Below, one piece after another: positions 28,201 through 44,300 of a stretch of 64,000 bases of DNA. The stretch spans positions 19,468,001 to 19,532,000 of the forward strand of contig OZ059900.1 of NCBI GenBank assembly GCA_964057225.1, written 5' to 3'. Numbering within the stretch: the first letter of the stretch is position 1; each line of letters starts with the position of its first letter. Both the position numbers and the translations under genes were made by a program. Under the pieces are notes generated by a model. The model saw only the letters and a program-made list of their open reading frames with translations. It was not told where the DNA came from and did no database searches. The DNA is from Auanema rhodensis (taxonomy: Eukaryota > Animalia > Nematoda).

Positions 28201-29411
28201 ATTCGTTGCATTTGACGACTCATATGAACAAAAATCGATTTAATCAATATTAGCCATAAGGGGCGTGCCCTCAGAATATGCTAATTTCCTTAATTTTCTA
28301 ACCCCTGTTTTTTTGTCGTGAAAGTGGAATTAGACGTTGTAGGAACAATTTTGAGCTAGGTTTCATTGACATTGCATGAGTTTGAACGCATGAAATCGTA
28401 AGTCAAAACCTTGTTTACAGCGAAATTTCCAAAAACTGGTTTTCCAGCATAATAAAATATTTCTCATGGGAAATACTGTGTTTTTGTATTTTTATAGTGT
28501 TCAGCATGTAAAATGCTTCATTTTAGTATGTAACACGCTGAAATTCGTTGCATTTGACGACTCATATGAACAAAAATCGATTTAATCAATATTAGCCATA
28601 AGGGGCGTGCCCTCAGAATATGCTAATTTCCTTAATTTTCTAACCCCGGTTTTTTTGTCGTGAAAGTGGAATTAGACGTTGTAGGAACAATCTTGAGCTA
28701 GGTTTCATTGACATTGCATGAGTTTGAACACATGAAATCGTAAGTCAAAACCTTGTTTACAGCGAAATTTCCAAAAACTGGTTTTCCAGCATAATAAAAT
28801 ATTTCTCATGGGAAATACTGTGTTTTTGTATTTTTCTAGTGTTCAGCATGTAAAATGCTTCATTTTAGTATGTAACACGCTGAAATTCGTTGCATTTGAC
28901 GACTCATATGAACAAAATACGATTTAATCAATATTAGCCATAAGGGGCGTGCCCTCAGAATATGCTAATTTCCTTAATTTTCTAACCCCTGTTTTTTTGT
29001 CGTGAAAGTGGAACTAGACGTTGTACAAACAATTTTGAGCTAGGTTTCATTGACATTGCATGAGTTTGAACACATGAAATCGTAAGTCAAAACCTTGTTT
29101 ACAGCGAAATTTCCAAAAACTGGTTTTCCAGCATAATAAAATATTTCTCATGAGAAATACTGTGTTTTTGTATTTTTCTAGTGTTCAGCATGTAAAATGC
29201 TTCATTTTAGTATGTAACACGCTGAAATTCGTTGCATTTGACGACTCATATGAACAAAAATCGATTTAATCAATATTAGCCATAAGGGGCGTGCCCTCAG
29301 AATATGCTAATTTCCTTAATTTTCTAACCCCTGTTTTTTTGTCGTGAAAGTGGAACTAGACGTTGTAGGAACAATTTTGAGCTAGGTTTCATTGACATTG
29401 CATGAGTTTGA

Positions 29412-32400
29412 ACACATGAAATCGTAAGTCAAAACCTTGTTTACAGCGAAATTTCCAAAAACTGGTTTTCCAGCATAATAAAATATTTCTCATGGGAAAT
29501 ACTGTGTTTTTGTATTTTTCTAGTGTTCAGCATGTGAAATGCTTCATTTTAGTATGTAACACGCTGAAATTCGTTGCATTTGACGACTCATATGAACAAA
29601 AATCGATTTAATCAATATTAGCCATAAGGGGCGTGCCCTCAGAATATGCTAATTTCCTTAATTTTCTAACCCCGGTTTTTTTGTCGTGAAAGTGGATTTA
29701 GACGTTGTAGGAACAATTTTGAGCTAGGTTTCATTGACATTGCATGAGTTTGAACACATGAAATCGTAAGTCAAAACCTTGTTTACAGCGAAATTTCCAA
29801 AAACTGGTTTTCCAGCATAATAAAATATTTCTCATGGGAAATACTGTGTTTTTGTATTTTTCTAGTGTTCAGCATGTAGAATGCTTCATTTTAGTATGTA
29901 ACACGCTGAAATTCGTTGCATTTGACGACTCATATGAACAAAAATCGATTTAATCAATATTAGCCATAAGGGGCGTGCCCTCAGAATATGCTAATTTCCT
30001 TAATTTTCTAACCCCTGTTTTTTTGTCGTGAAAGTGGAACTAGACGTTGTAGGAACAATTTTGAGCTAGGTTTCATTGACATTGCATGAGTTTGAACACA
30101 TGAAATCGTAAGTCAAAACCTTGTTTACAGCGAAATTTCCAAAAACTGGTTTTCCAGCATAATAAAATATTTCTCATGGGAAATACTGTGTTTTTGTATT
30201 TTTCTAGTGTTCAGCATGTAAAATGCTTCATTTTAGTATGTAACACGCTGAAATTCGTTGCATTTGACGACTCATATGAACAAAAATCGATTTAATCAAT
30301 ATTAGCCATAAGGGGCGTGCCCTCAGAATATGCTAATTTCCTTAATTTTCTAACCCCTGTTTTTTTGTCGTGAAAGTGGAATTAGACGTTGTAGGAACAA
30401 TTTTGAGCTAGGTTTCATTGACATTGCATGAGTTTGAACGCATGAAATCGTAAGTCAAAACCTTGTTTACAGCGAAATTTCCAAAAACTGGTTTTCCAGC
30501 ATAATAAAATATTTCTCATGGGAAATACTGTGTTTTTGTATTTTTATAGTGTTCAGCATGTAAAATGCTTCATTTTAGTATGTAACACGCTGAAATTCGT
30601 TGCATTTGACGACTCATATGAACAAAAATCGATTTAATCAATATTAGCCATAAGGGGCGTGCCCTCAGAATATGCTAATTTCCTTAATTTTCTAACCCCG
30701 GTTTTTTTGTCGTGAAAGTGGAATTAGACGTTGTAGGAACAATTTTGAGCTAGGTTTCATTGACATTGCATGAGTTTGAACACATGAAATCGTAAGTCAA
30801 AACCTTGTTTACAGCGAAATTTCCAAAAACTGGTTTTCCAGCATAATAAAATATTTCTCATGGGAAATACTGTGTTTTTGTATTTTTCTAGTGTTCAGCA
30901 TGTAAAATGCTTCATTTTAGTATGTAACACGCTGAAATTCGTTGCATTTGACGACTCATATGAACAAAATACGATTTAATCAATATTAGCCATAAGGGGC
31001 GTGCCCTCAGAATATGCTAATTTCCTTAATTTTCTAACCCCTGTTTTTTTGTCGTGAAAGTGGAACTAGACGTTGTACAAACAATTTTGAGCTAGGTTTC
31101 ATTGACATTGCATGAGTTTGAACACATGAAATCGTAAGTCAAAACCTTGTTTACAGCGAAATTTCCAAAAACTGGTTTTCCAGCATAATAAAATATTTCT
31201 CATGAGAAATACTGTGTTTTTGTATTTTTCTAGTGTTCAGCATGTAAAATGCTTCATTTTAGTATGTAACACGCTGAAATTCGTTGCATTTGACGACTCA
31301 TATGAACAAAAATCGATTTAATCAATATTAGCCATAAGGGGCGTGCCCTCAGAATATGCTAATTTCCTTAATTTTCTAACCCCTGTTTTTTTGTCGTGAA
31401 AGTGGAATTAGACGTTGTAGGAACAATTTTGAGCTAGGTTTCATTGACATTGCATGAGTTTGAACACATGAAATCGTAAGTCAAAACCTTGTTTACAGCG
31501 AAATTTCCAAAAACTGGTTTTCCAGCATAATAAAATATTTCTCATGAGAAATACTGTGTTTTTGTATTTTTCTAGTGTTCAGCATGTAAAATGCTTCATT
31601 TTAGTATGTAACACGATGAAATTCGTTGCATTTGACGACTCATATGAACAAAAATCGATTTAATCAATATTAGCCATAAGGGGCGTGCCCTCAGAATATG
31701 CTAATTTCCTTAATTTTCTAACCCCTGTTTTTTTGTCGTGAAAGTGGAACTAGACGTTGTACAAACAATTTTGAGCTAGGTTTCATTGACATTGCATGAG
31801 TTTGAACACATGAAATCGTAAGTCAAAACCTTGTTTACAGCGAAATTTCCAAAAACTGGTTTTCCAGCATAATAAAATATTTCTCATGAGAAATACTGTG
31901 TTTTTGTATTTTTCTAGTGTTCAGCATGTAAAATGCTTCATTTTAGTATGTAACACGATGAAATTCGTTGCATTTGACGACTCATATGAACAAAAATCGA
32001 TTTAATCAATATTAGCCATAAGGGGCGTGCCCTCAGAATATGCTAATTTCATTAATTTTCTAACCCCTGTTTTTTTGTCGTGAAAGTGGAACTAGACGTT
32101 GTAGGAACAATTTTGAGCTAGGTTTCATTGACATTGCATGAGTTTGAACACATGAAATCGTAAGTCAAAACCTTGTTTACAGCGAAATTTCCAAAAACTG
32201 GTTTTCCAGCATAATAAAATATTTCTCATGGGAAATACTGTGTTTTTGTATTTTTCTAGTGTTCAGCATGTAAAATGCTTCATTTTAGTATGTAACACGC
32301 TGAAATTCGTTGCATTTGACGACTCATATGAACAAAAATCGATTTAATCAATATTAGCCATAAGGGGCGTGCCCTCAGAATATGCTAATTTCCTTAATTT

Positions 32401-35400
32401 TCTAACCCCTGTTTTTTTGTCGTGAAAGTGGAACTAGACGTTGTACAAACAATTTTGAGCTAGGTTTCATTGACATTGCATGAGTTTGAACACATGAAAT
32501 CGTAAGTCAAAACCTTGTTTACAGCGAAATTTCCAAAAACTGGTTTTCCAGCATAATAAAATATTTCTCATGAGAAATACTGTGTTTTTGTATTTTTCTA
32601 GTGTTCAGCATGTAAAATGCTTCATTTTAGTATGTAACACGCTGAAATTCGTTGCATTTGACGACTCATATGAACAAAAATCGATTTAATCAATATTAGC
32701 CATAAGGGGCGTGCCCTCAGAATATGCTAATTTCCTTAATTTTCTAACCCCTGTTTTTTTGTCGTGAAAGTGGAACTAGACGTTGTAGGAACAATTCTGA
32801 GCTAGGTTTCATTGACATTGCATGAGTTTGAACACATGAAATCGTAAGTCAAAACCTTGTTTACAGCGAAATTTCCATAAACTGGTTTTCCAGCATAATA
32901 AAATATTTCTCATGGGAAATACTGTGTTTTTGTATTTTTCTAGTGTTCAGCATGTGAAATGCTTCATTTTAGTATGTAACACGCTGAAATTCGTTGCATT
33001 TGACGACTCATATGAACAAAAATCGATTTAATCAATATTAGCCATAAGGGGCGTGCCCTCAGAATATGCTAATTTCCTTAATTTTCTAACCCCTGTTTTT
33101 TTGTCGTGAAAGTGGAACTAGACGTTGTACGAACAATTTTGAGCTAGGTTTCATTGACATTGCATGAGTTTGAACACATGAAATCGTAAGTCAAAACCTT
33201 GTTTACAGCGAAATTTCCAAAAACTGGTTTTCCAGCATAATAAAATATTTCTCATGAGAAATACTGTGTTTTTGTATTTTTCTAGTGTTCAGCATGTGAA
33301 ATGCTTCATTTTAGTATGTAACACGCTGAAATTCGTTGCATTTGACGACTCATATGAACAAAAATCGATTTAATCAATATTAGCCATAAGGGGCGTGCCC
33401 TCAGAATATGCTAATTTCCTTAATTTTCTAACCCCTGTTTTTTTGTCGTGAAAGTGGAACTAGACGTTGTAGGAACAATTTTGAGCTAGGTTTCATTGAC
33501 ATTGCATGAGTTTGAACACATGAAATCGTAAGTCAAAACCTTGTTTACAGCGAAAATTCCAAAAACTGGTTTTCCAGCATAATAAAATATTTCTCATGGG
33601 AAATACTGTGTTTTTGTATTTTTCTAGTGTTCAGCATGTAAAATGCTTCATTTTAGTATGTAACACGCTGAAATTCGTTGCATTTGAAGACTCATATGAA
33701 CAAAAATCGATTTAATCAATATTAGCCATAAGGGGCGTGCCCTCAGAATATGCTAATTTCCTTAATTTTCTAACCCCTGTTTTTTGTCGTGAAAGTGGAA
33801 CTAGACGTTGTAGGAACAATTTTGAGCTAGGTTTCATTGACATTGCATGAGTTTGAACACATGAAATCGTAAGTCAAAACCTTGTTTACAGCGAAATTTC
33901 CAAAAACTGGTTTTCCAGCATAATAAAATATTTCTCATGGGAAATACTGTGTTTTTGTATTTTTCTAGTGTTCAGCATGTAAAATACTTCATTTTAGTAT
34001 GTAACACGCTGAAATTCGTTGCATTTGACGACTCATATGAACAAAAATCGATTTAATCAATATTAGCCATAAGGGGCGTGCCCTCAGAATATGCTAATTT
34101 CCTAAATTTTCTAACCCCTGTTTTTTTGTCGTGAAAGTGGAACTAGACGTTGTAGGAACAATTTTGAGCTAGGTTTCATTGACATTGCATGAGTTTGAAC
34201 ACATGAAATCGTAAGTCAAAACCTTGTTTACAGCGAAATTTCCAAAAACTGGTTTTCCAGCATAATAAAATATTTCTCATGGGAAATACTGTGTTTTTGT
34301 ATTTTTCTAGTGTTCAGCATGTGAAATGCTTCATTTTAGTATGTAACACGCTGAAATTCGTTGCATTTGACGACTCATATGAACAAAAATCGATTTAATC
34401 AATATTAGCCATAAGGGGCGTGCCCTCAGAATATGCTAATTTCCTTAATTTTCTAACCCCTGTTTTTTTGTCGTGAAAGTGGAACTAGACGTTGTACGAA
34501 CAATTTTGAGCTAGGTTTCATTGACATTGCATGAGTTTGAACACATGAAATCGTAAGTCAAAACCTTGTTTACAGCGAAATTTCCAAAAACTGGTTTTCC
34601 AGCATAATAAAATATTTCTCATGAGAAATACTGTGTTTTTGTATTTTTCTAGTGTTCAGCATGTGAAATGCTTCATTTTAGTATGTAACACGCTGAAATT
34701 CGTTGCATTTGACGACTCATATGAACAAAAATCGATTTAATCAATATTAGCCATAAGGGGCGTGCCCTCAGAATATGCTAATTTCCTTAATTTTCTAACC
34801 CCTGTTTTTTTGTCGTGAAAGTGGAACTAGACGTTGTAGGAACAATTTTGAGCTAGGTTTCATTGACATTGCATGAGTTTGAACACATGAAATCGTAAGT
34901 CAAAACCTTGTTTACAGCGAAAATTCCAAAAACTGGTTTTCCAGCATAATAAAATATTTCTCATGGGAAATACTGTGTTTTTGTATTTTTCTAGTGTTCA
35001 GCATGTAAAATGCTTCATTTTAGTATGTAACACGCTGAAATTCGTTGCATTTGAAGACTCATATGAACAAAAATCGATTTAATCAATATTAGCCATAAGG
35101 GGCGTGCCCTCAGAATATGCTAATTTCCTTAATTTTCTAACCCCTGTTTTTTGTCGTGAAAGTGGAACTAGACGTTGTAGGAACAATTTTGAGCTAGGTT
35201 TCATTGACATTGCATGAGTTTGAACACATGAAATCGTAAGTCAAAACCTTGTTTACAGCGAAATTTCCAAAAACTGGTTTTCCAGCATAATAAAATATTT
35301 CTCATGGGAAATACTGTGTTTTTGTATTTTTCTAGTGTTCAGCATGTAAAATACTTCATTTTAGTATGTAACACGCTGAAATTCGTTGCATTTGACGACT

Positions 35401-38400
35401 CATATGAACAAAAATCGATTTAATCAATATTAGCCATAAGGGGCGTGCCCTCAGAATATGCTAATTTCCTAAATTTTCTAACCCCTGTTTTTTTGTCGTG
35501 AAAGTGGAACTAGACGTTGTAGGAACAATTTTGAGCTAGGTTTCATTGACATTGCATGAGTTTGAACACATGAAATCGTAAGTCAAAACCTTGTTTACAG
35601 CGAAATTTCCAAAAACTGGTTTTCCAGCATAATAAAATATTTCTCATGGGAAATACTGTGTTTTTGTATTTTTCTAGTGTTCAGCATGTGAAATGCTTCA
35701 TTTTAGTATGTAACACGCTGAAATTCGTTGCATTTGACGACTCATATGAACAAAAATCGATTTAATCAATATTAGCCATAAGGGGCGTGCCCTCAGAATA
35801 TGCTAATTTCCTTAATTTTCTAACCCCGGTTTTTTTGTCGTGAAAGTGGAATTAGACGTTGTAGGAACAATTTTGAGCTAGGTTTCATTGACATTGCATG
35901 AGTTTGAACACATGAAATCGTAAGTCAAAACCTTGTTTACAGCGAAATTTCCAAAAACTGGTTTTCCAGCATAATAAAATATTTCTCATGGGAAATACTG
36001 TGTTTTTGTATTTTTCTAGTGTTCAGCATGTAGAATGCTTCATTTTAGTATGTAACACGCTGAAATTCGTTGCATTTGACGACTCATATGAACAAAAATC
36101 GATTTAATCAATATTAGCCATAAAGGGCGTGCCCTCAGAATATGCTAATTTCCTTAATTTTCTAACCCCTGTTTTTTTGTCGTGAAAGTGGAACTAGACG
36201 TTGTAGGAACAATTTTGAGCTAGGTTTCATTGACATTGCATGAGTTTGAACACATGAAATCGTAAGTCAAAACCTTGTTTACAGCGAAATTTCCAAAAAC
36301 TGGTTTTCCAGCATAATAAAATATTTCTCATGGGAAATACTGTGTTTTTGTATTTTTCTAGTGTTCAGCATGTAAAATGCTTCATTTTAGTATGTAACAC
36401 GCTGGAATTCGTTGCATTTGACGACTCATATGAACAAAAATCGATTTAATCAATATTAGCCATAAGGGGCGTGCCCTCAGAATATGCTAATTTCCTTAAT
36501 TTTCTAACCCCTGTTTTTTTGTCGTGAAAGTGGAATTAGACGTTGTAGGAACAATTTTGAGCTAGGTTTCATTGACATTGCATGAGTTTGAACGCATGAA
36601 ATCGTAAGTCAAAACCTTGTTTACAGCGAAATTTCCAAAAACTGGTTTTCCAGCATAATAAAATATTTCTCATGGGAAATACTGTGTTTTTGTATTTTTA
36701 TAGTGTTCAGCATGTAAAATGCTTCATTTTAGTATGTAACACGCTGAAATTCGTTGCATTTGACGACTCATATGAACAAAAATCGATTTAATCAATATTA
36801 GCCATAAGGGGCGTGCCCTCAGAATATGCTAATTTCCTTAATTTTCTAACCCCGGTTTTTTTGTCGTGAAAGTGGAATTAGACGTTGTAGGAACAATTTT
36901 GAGCTAGGTTTCATTGACATTGCATGAGTTTGAACACATGAAATCGTAAGTCAAAACCTTGTTTACAGCGAAATTTCCAAAAACTGGTTTTCCAGCATAA
37001 TAAAATATTTCTCATGGGAAATACTGTGTTTTTGTATTTTTCTAGTGTTCAGCATGTAAAATGCTTCATTTTAGTATGTAACACGCTGAAATTCGTTGCA
37101 TTTGACGACTCATATGAACAAAATACGATTTAATCAATATTAGCCATAAGGGGCGTGCCCTCAGAATATGCTAATTTCCTTAATTTTCTAACCCCTGTTT
37201 TTTTGTCGTGAAAGTGGAACTAGACGTTGTACAAACAATTTTGAGCTAGGTTTCATTGACATTGCATGAGTTTGAACACATGAAATCGTAAGTCAAAACC
37301 TTGTTTACAGCGAAATTTCCAAAAACTGGTTTTCCAGCATAATAAAATATTTCTCATGAGAAATACTGTGTTTTTGTATTTTTCTAGTGTTCAGCATGTA
37401 AAATGCTTCATTTTAGTATGTAACACGCTGAAATTCGTTGCATTTGACGACTCATATGAACAAAAATCGATTTAATCAATATTAGCCATAAGGGGCGTGC
37501 CCTCAGAATATGCTAATTTCCTTAATTTTCTAACCCCTGTTTTTTTGTCGTGAAAGTGGAATTAGACGTTGTAGGAACAATTTTGAGCTAGGTTTCATTG
37601 ACATTGCATGAGTTTGAACACATGAAATCGTAAGTCAAAACCTTGTTTACAGCGAAATTTCCAAAAACTGGTTTTCCAGCATAATAAAATATTTCTCATG
37701 AGAAATACTGTGTTTTTGTATTTTTCTAGTGTTCAGCATGTAAAATGCTTCATTTTAGTATGTAACACGATGAAATTCGTTGCATTTGACGACTCATATG
37801 AACAAAAATCGATTTAATCAATATTAGCCATAAGGGGCGTGCCCTCAGAATATGCTAATTTCCTTAATTTTCTAACCCCTGTTTTTTTGTCGTGAAAGTG
37901 GAACTAGACGTTGTACAAACAATTTTGAGCTAGGTTTCATTGACATTGCATGAGTTTGAACACATGAAATCGTAAGTCAAAACCTTGTTTACAGCGAAAT
38001 TTCCAAAAACTGGTTTTCCAGCATAATAAAATATTTCTCATGAGAAATACTGTGTTTTTGTATTTTTCTAGTGTTCAGCATGTAAAATGCTTCATTTTAG
38101 TATGTAACACGCTGAAATTCGTTGCATTTGACGACTCATATGAACAAAATACGATTTAATCAATATTAGCCATAAGGGGCGTGCCCTCAGAATATGCTAA
38201 TTTCCTTAATTTTCTAACCCCTGTTTTTTTGTCGTGAAAGTGGAACTAGACGTTGTACAAACAATTTTGAGCTAGGTTTCATTGACATTGCATGAGTTTG
38301 AACACATGAAATCGTAAGTCAAAACCTTGTTTACAGCGAAATTTCCAAAAACTGGTTTTCCAGCATAATAAAATATTTCTCATGAGAAATACTGTGTTTT

Positions 38401-41378
38401 TGTATTTTTCTAGTGTTCAGCATGTAAAATGCTTCATTATAGTATGTAACACGCTGAAATTCGTTGCATTTGACGACTCATATGAACAAAAATCGATTTA
38501 ATCAATATTAGCCATAAGGGGCGTGCCCTCAGAATATGCTAATTTCCTTAATTTTCTAACCCCTGTTTTTTTGTCGTGAAAGTGGAATTAGACGTTGTAG
38601 GAACAATTTTGAGCTAGGTTTCATTGACATTGCATGAGTTTGAACACATGAAATCGTAAGTCAAAACCTTGTTTACAGCGAAATTTCCAAAAACTGGTTT
38701 TCCAGCATAATAAAATATTTCTCATGAGAAATACTGTGTTTTTGTATTTTTCTAGTGTTCAGCATGTAAAATGCTTCATTTTAGTATGTAACACGATGAA
38801 ATTCGTTGCATTTGACGACTCATATGAACAAAAATCGATTTAATCAATATTAGCCATAAGGGGCGTGCCCTCAGAATATGCTAATTTCCTTAATTTTCTA
38901 ACCCCTGTTTTTTTGTCGTGAAAGTGGAACTAGACGTTGTACAAACAATTTTGAGCTAGGTTTCATTGACATTGCATGAGTTTGAACACATGAAATCGTA
39001 AGTCAAAACCTTGTTTACAGCGAAATTTCCAAAAACTGGTTTTCCAGCATAATAAAATATTTCTCATGAGAAATACTGTGTTTTTGTATTTTTCTAGTGT
39101 TCAGCATGTAAAATGCTTCATTTTAGTATGTAACACGATGAAATTCGTTGCATTTGACGACTCATATGAACAAAAATCGATTTAATCAATATTAGCCATA
39201 AGGGGCGTGCCCTCAGAATATGCTAATTTCATTAATTTTCTAACCCCTGTTTTTTTGTCGTGAAAGTGGAACTAGACGTTGGAGGAACAATTTTGAGCTA
39301 GGTTTCATTGACATTGCATGAGTTTGAACACATGAAATCGTAAGTCAAAACCTTGTTTACAGCGAAATTTCCAAAAACTGGTTTTCCAGCATAATAAAAT
39401 ATTTCTCATGGGAAATACTGTGTTTTTGTATTTTTCTAGTGTTCAGCATGTAAAATGCTTCATTTTAGTATGTAACACGCTGAAATTCGTTGCATTTGAC
39501 GACTCATATGAACAAAAATCGATTTAATCAATATTAGCCATAAGGGGCGTGCCCTCAGAATATGCTAATTTCCTTAATTTTCTAACCCCTGTTTTTTTGT
39601 CGTGAAAGTGGAACTAGACGTTGTACAAACAATTTTGAGCTAGGTTTCATTGACATTGCATGAGTTTGAACACATGAAATCGTAAGTCAAAACCTTGTTT
39701 ACAGCGAAATTTCCAAAAACTGGTTTTCCAGCATAATAAAATATTTCTCATGAGAAATACTGTGTTTTTGTATTTTTCTAGTGTTCAGCATGTAAAATGC
39801 TTCATTTTAGTATGTAACACGCTGAAATTCGTTGCATTTGACGACTCATATGAACAAAAATCGATTTAATCAATATTAGCCATAAGGGGCGTGCCCTCAG
39901 AATATGCTAATTTCCTTAATTTTCTAACCCCTGTTTTTTTGTCGTGAAAGTGGAACTAGACGTTGTAGGAACAATTCTGAGCTAGGTTTCATTGACATTG
40001 CATGAGTTTGAACACATGAAATCGTAAGTCAAAACCTTGTTTACAGCGAAATTTCCATAAACTGGTTTTCCAGCATAATAAAATATTTCTCATGGGAAAT
40101 ACTGTGTTTTTGTATTTTTCTAGTGTTCAGCATGTGAAATGCTTCATTTTAGTATGTAACACGCTGAAATTCGTTGCATTTGACGACTCATATGAACAAA
40201 AATCGATTTAATCAATATTAGCCATAAGGGGCGTGCCCTCAGAATATGCTAATTTCCTTAATTTTCTAACCCCTGTTTTTTTGTCGTGAAAGTGGAACTA
40301 GACGTTGTACGAACAATTTTGAGCTAGGTTTCATTGACATTGCATGAGTTTGAACACATGAAATCGTAAGTCAAAACCTTGTTTACAGCGAAATTTCCAA
40401 AAACTGGTTTTCCAGCATAATAAAATATTTCTCATGAGAAATACTGTGTTTTTGTATTTTTCTAGTGTTCAGCATGTGAAATGCTTCATTTTAGTATGTA
40501 ACACGCTGAAATTCGTTGCATTTGACGACTCATATGAACAAAAATCGATTTAATCAATATTAGCCATAAGGGGCGTGCCCTCAGAATATGCTAATTTCCT
40601 TAATTTTCTAACCCCTGTTTTTTTGTCGTGAAAGTGGAACTAGACGTTGTAGGAACAATTTTGAGCTAGGTTTCATTGACATTGCATGAGTTTGAACACA
40701 TGAAATCGTAAGTCAAAACCTTGTTTACAGCGAAAATTCCAAAAACTGGTTTTCCAGCATAATAAAATATTTCTCATGGGAAATACTGTGTTTTTGTATT
40801 TTTCTAGTGTTCAGCATGTAAAATGCTTCATTTTAGTATGTAACACGCTGAAATTCGTTGCATTTGAAGACTCATATGAACAAAAATCGATTTAATCAAT
40901 ATTAGCCATAAGGGGCGTGCCCTCAGAATATGCTAATTTCCTTAATTTTCTAACCACTGTTTTTTGTCGTGAAAGTGGAACTAGACGTTGTAGGAACAAT
41001 TTTGAGCTAGGTTTCATTGACATTGCATGAGTTTGAACACATGAAATCGTAAGTCAAAACCTTGTTTACAGCGAAATTTCCAAAAACTGGTTTTCCAGCA
41101 TAATAAAATATTTCTCATGGGAAATACTGTGTTTTTGTATTTTTCTAGTGTTCAGCATGTAAAATACTTCATTTTAGTATGTAACACGCTGAAATTCGTT
41201 GCATTTGACGACTCATATGAACAAAAATCGATTTAATCAATATTAGCCATAAGGGGCGTGCCCTCAGAATATGCTAATTTCCTAAATTTTCTAACCCCTG
41301 TTTTTTTGTCGTGAAAGTGGAACTAGACGTTGTAGGAACAATTTTGAGCTAGGTTTCATTGACATTGCATGAGTTTGA
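29412..41378 (+). repeat. Higher-order repeat: two copies of a ~14-monomer (~4.8 kb) unit, each with an internal sub-duplication
   Basis: The same ordered series of rare variants (A126G; AT191-192TA; T308C; A47T+G299C; T41A+C173A+1-bp T deletion; G130A+T248A) occurs in 29412-34198 and 35566-41378. There is a 4-mer duplication at 34199-35565 and a 3-mer duplication at ~37960-38985. Confidence 0.85.
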
Positions 41379-44300
41379 ACACATGAAATCGTAAGTCAAA
41401 ACCTTGTTTACAGCGAAATTTCCAAAAACTGGTTTTCCAGCATAATAAAATATTTCTCATGGGAAATACTGTGTTTTTGTATTTTTCTAGTGTTCAGCAT
41501 GTGAAATGCTTCATTTTAGTATGTAACACGCTGAAATTCGTTGCATTTGACGACTCATATGAACAAAAATCGATTTAATCAATATTAGCCATAAGGGGCG
41601 TGCCCTCAGAATATGCTAATTTCCTTAATTTTCTAACCCCGGTTTTTTTGTCGTGAAAGTGGAATTAGACGTTGTAGGAACAATTTTGAGCTAGGTTTCA
41701 TTGACATTGCATGAGTTTGAACACATGAAATCGTAAGTCAAAACCTTGTTTACAGCGAAATTTCCAAAAACTGGTTTTCCAGCATAATAAAATATTTCTC
41801 ATGGGAAATACTGTGTTTTTGTATTTTTCTAGTGTTCAGCATGTAGAATGCTTCATTTTAGTATGTAACACGCTGAAATTCGTTGCATTTGACGACTCAT
41901 ATGAACAAAAATCGATTTAATCAATATTAGCCATAAAGGGCGTGCCCTCAGAATATGCTAATTTCCTTAATTTTCTAACCCCTGTTTTTTTGTCGTGAAA
42001 GTGGAACTAGACGTTGTAGGAACAATTTTGAGCTAGGTTTCATTGACATTGCATGAGTTTGAACACATGAAATCGTAAGTCAAAACCTTGTTTACAGCGA
42101 AATTTCCAAAAACTGGTTTTCCAGCATAATAAAATATTTCTCATGGGAAATACTGTGTTTTTGTATTTTTCTAGTGTTCAGCATGTAAAATGCTTCATTT
42201 TAGTATGTAACACGCTGAAATTCGTTGCATTTGACGACTCATATGAACAAAAATCGATTTAATCAATATTAGCCATAAGGGGCGTGCCCTCAGAATATGC
42301 TAATTTCCTTAATTTTCTAACCCCTGTTTTTTTGTCGTGAAAGTGGAATTAGACGTTGTAGGAACAATTTTGAGCTAGGTTTCATTGACATTGCATGAGT
42401 TTGAACGCATGAAATCGTAAGTCAAAACCTTGTTTACAGCGAAATTTCCAAAAACTGGTTTTCCAGCATAATAAAATATTTCTCATGGGAAATACTGTGT
42501 TTTTGTATTTTTCTAGTGTTCAGCATGTAGAATGCTTCATTTTAGTATGTAACACGCTGAAATTCGTTGCATTTGACGACTCATATGAACAAAAATCGAT
42601 TTAATCAATATTAGCCATAAGGGGCGTGCCCTCAGAATATGCTAATTTCCTTAATTTTCTAACCCCTGTTTTTTTGTCGTGAAAGTGGAACTAGACGTTG
42701 TAGGAACAATTTTGAGCTAGGTTTCATTGACATTGCATGAGTTTGAACACATGAAATCGTAAGTCAAAACCTTGTTTACAGCGAAATTTCCAAAAACTGG
42801 TTTTCCAGCATAATAAAATATTTCTCATGGGAAATACTGTGTTTTTGTATTTTTCTAGTGTTCAGCATGTAAAATGCTTCATTTTAGTATGTAACACGCT
42901 GAAATTCGTTGCATTTGACGACTCATATGAACAAAAATCGATTTAATCAATATTAGCCATAAGGGGCGTGCCCTCAGAATATGCTAATTTCCTTAATTTT
43001 CTAACCCCTGTTTTTTTGTCGTGAAAGTGGAATTAGACGTTGTAGGAACAATTTTGAGCTAGGTTTCATTGACATTGCATGAGTTTGAACGCATGAAATC
43101 GTAAGTCAAAACCTTGTTTACAGCGAAATTTCCAAAAACTGGTTTTCCAGCATAATAAAATATTTCTCATGGGAAATACTGTGTTTTTGTATTTTTATAG
43201 TGTTCAGCATGTAAAATGCTTCATTTTAGTATGTAACACGCTGAAATTCGTTGCATTTGACGACTCATATGAACAAAAATCGATTTAATCAATATTAGCC
43301 ATAAGGGGCGTGCCCTCAGAATATGCTAATTTCCTTAATTTTCTAACCCCGGTTTTTTTGTCGTGAAAGTGGAATTAGACGTTGTAGGAACAATTTTGAG
43401 CTAGGTTTCATTGACATTGCATGAGTTTGAACACATGAAATCGTAAGTCAAAACCTTGTTTACAGCGAAATTTCCAAAAACTGGTTTTCCAGCATAATAA
43501 AATATTTCTCATGGGAAATACTGTGTTTTTGTATTTTTCTAGTGTTCAGCATGTAAAATGCTTCATTTTAGTATGTAACACGCTGAAATTCGTTGCATTT
43601 GACGACTCATATGAACAAAAATCGATTTAATCAATATTAGCCATAAGGGGCGTGCCCTCAGAATATGCTAATTTCCTTAATTTTCTAACCCCGGTTTTTT
43701 TGTCGTGAAAGTGGATTTAGACGTTGTAGGAACAATTTTGAGCTAGGTTTCATTGACATTGCATGAGTTTGAACACATGAAATCGTAAGTCAAAACCTTG
43801 TTTACAGCGAAATTTCCAAAAACTGGTTTTCCAGCATAATAAAATATTTCTCATGGGAAATACTGTGTTTTTGTATTTTTCTAGTGTTCAGCATGTAGAA
43901 TGCTTCATTTTAGTATGTAACACGCTGAAATTCGTTGCATTTGACGACTCATATGAACAAAAATCGATTTAATCAATATTAGCCATAAGGGGCGTGCCCT
44001 CAGAATATGCTAATTTCCTTAATTTTCTAACCCCTGTTTTTTTGTCGTGAAAGTGGAACTAGACGTTGTAGGAACAATTTTGAGCTAGGTTTCATTGACA
44101 TTGCATGAGTTTGAACACATGAAATCGTAAGTCAAAACCTTGTTTACAGCGAAATTTCCAAAAACTGGTTTTCCAGCATAATAAAATATTTCTCATGGGA
44201 AATACTGTGTTTTTGTATTTTTCTAGTGTTCAGCATGTAAAATGCTTCATTTTAGTATGTAACACGCTGAAATTCGTTGCATTTGACGACTCATATGAAC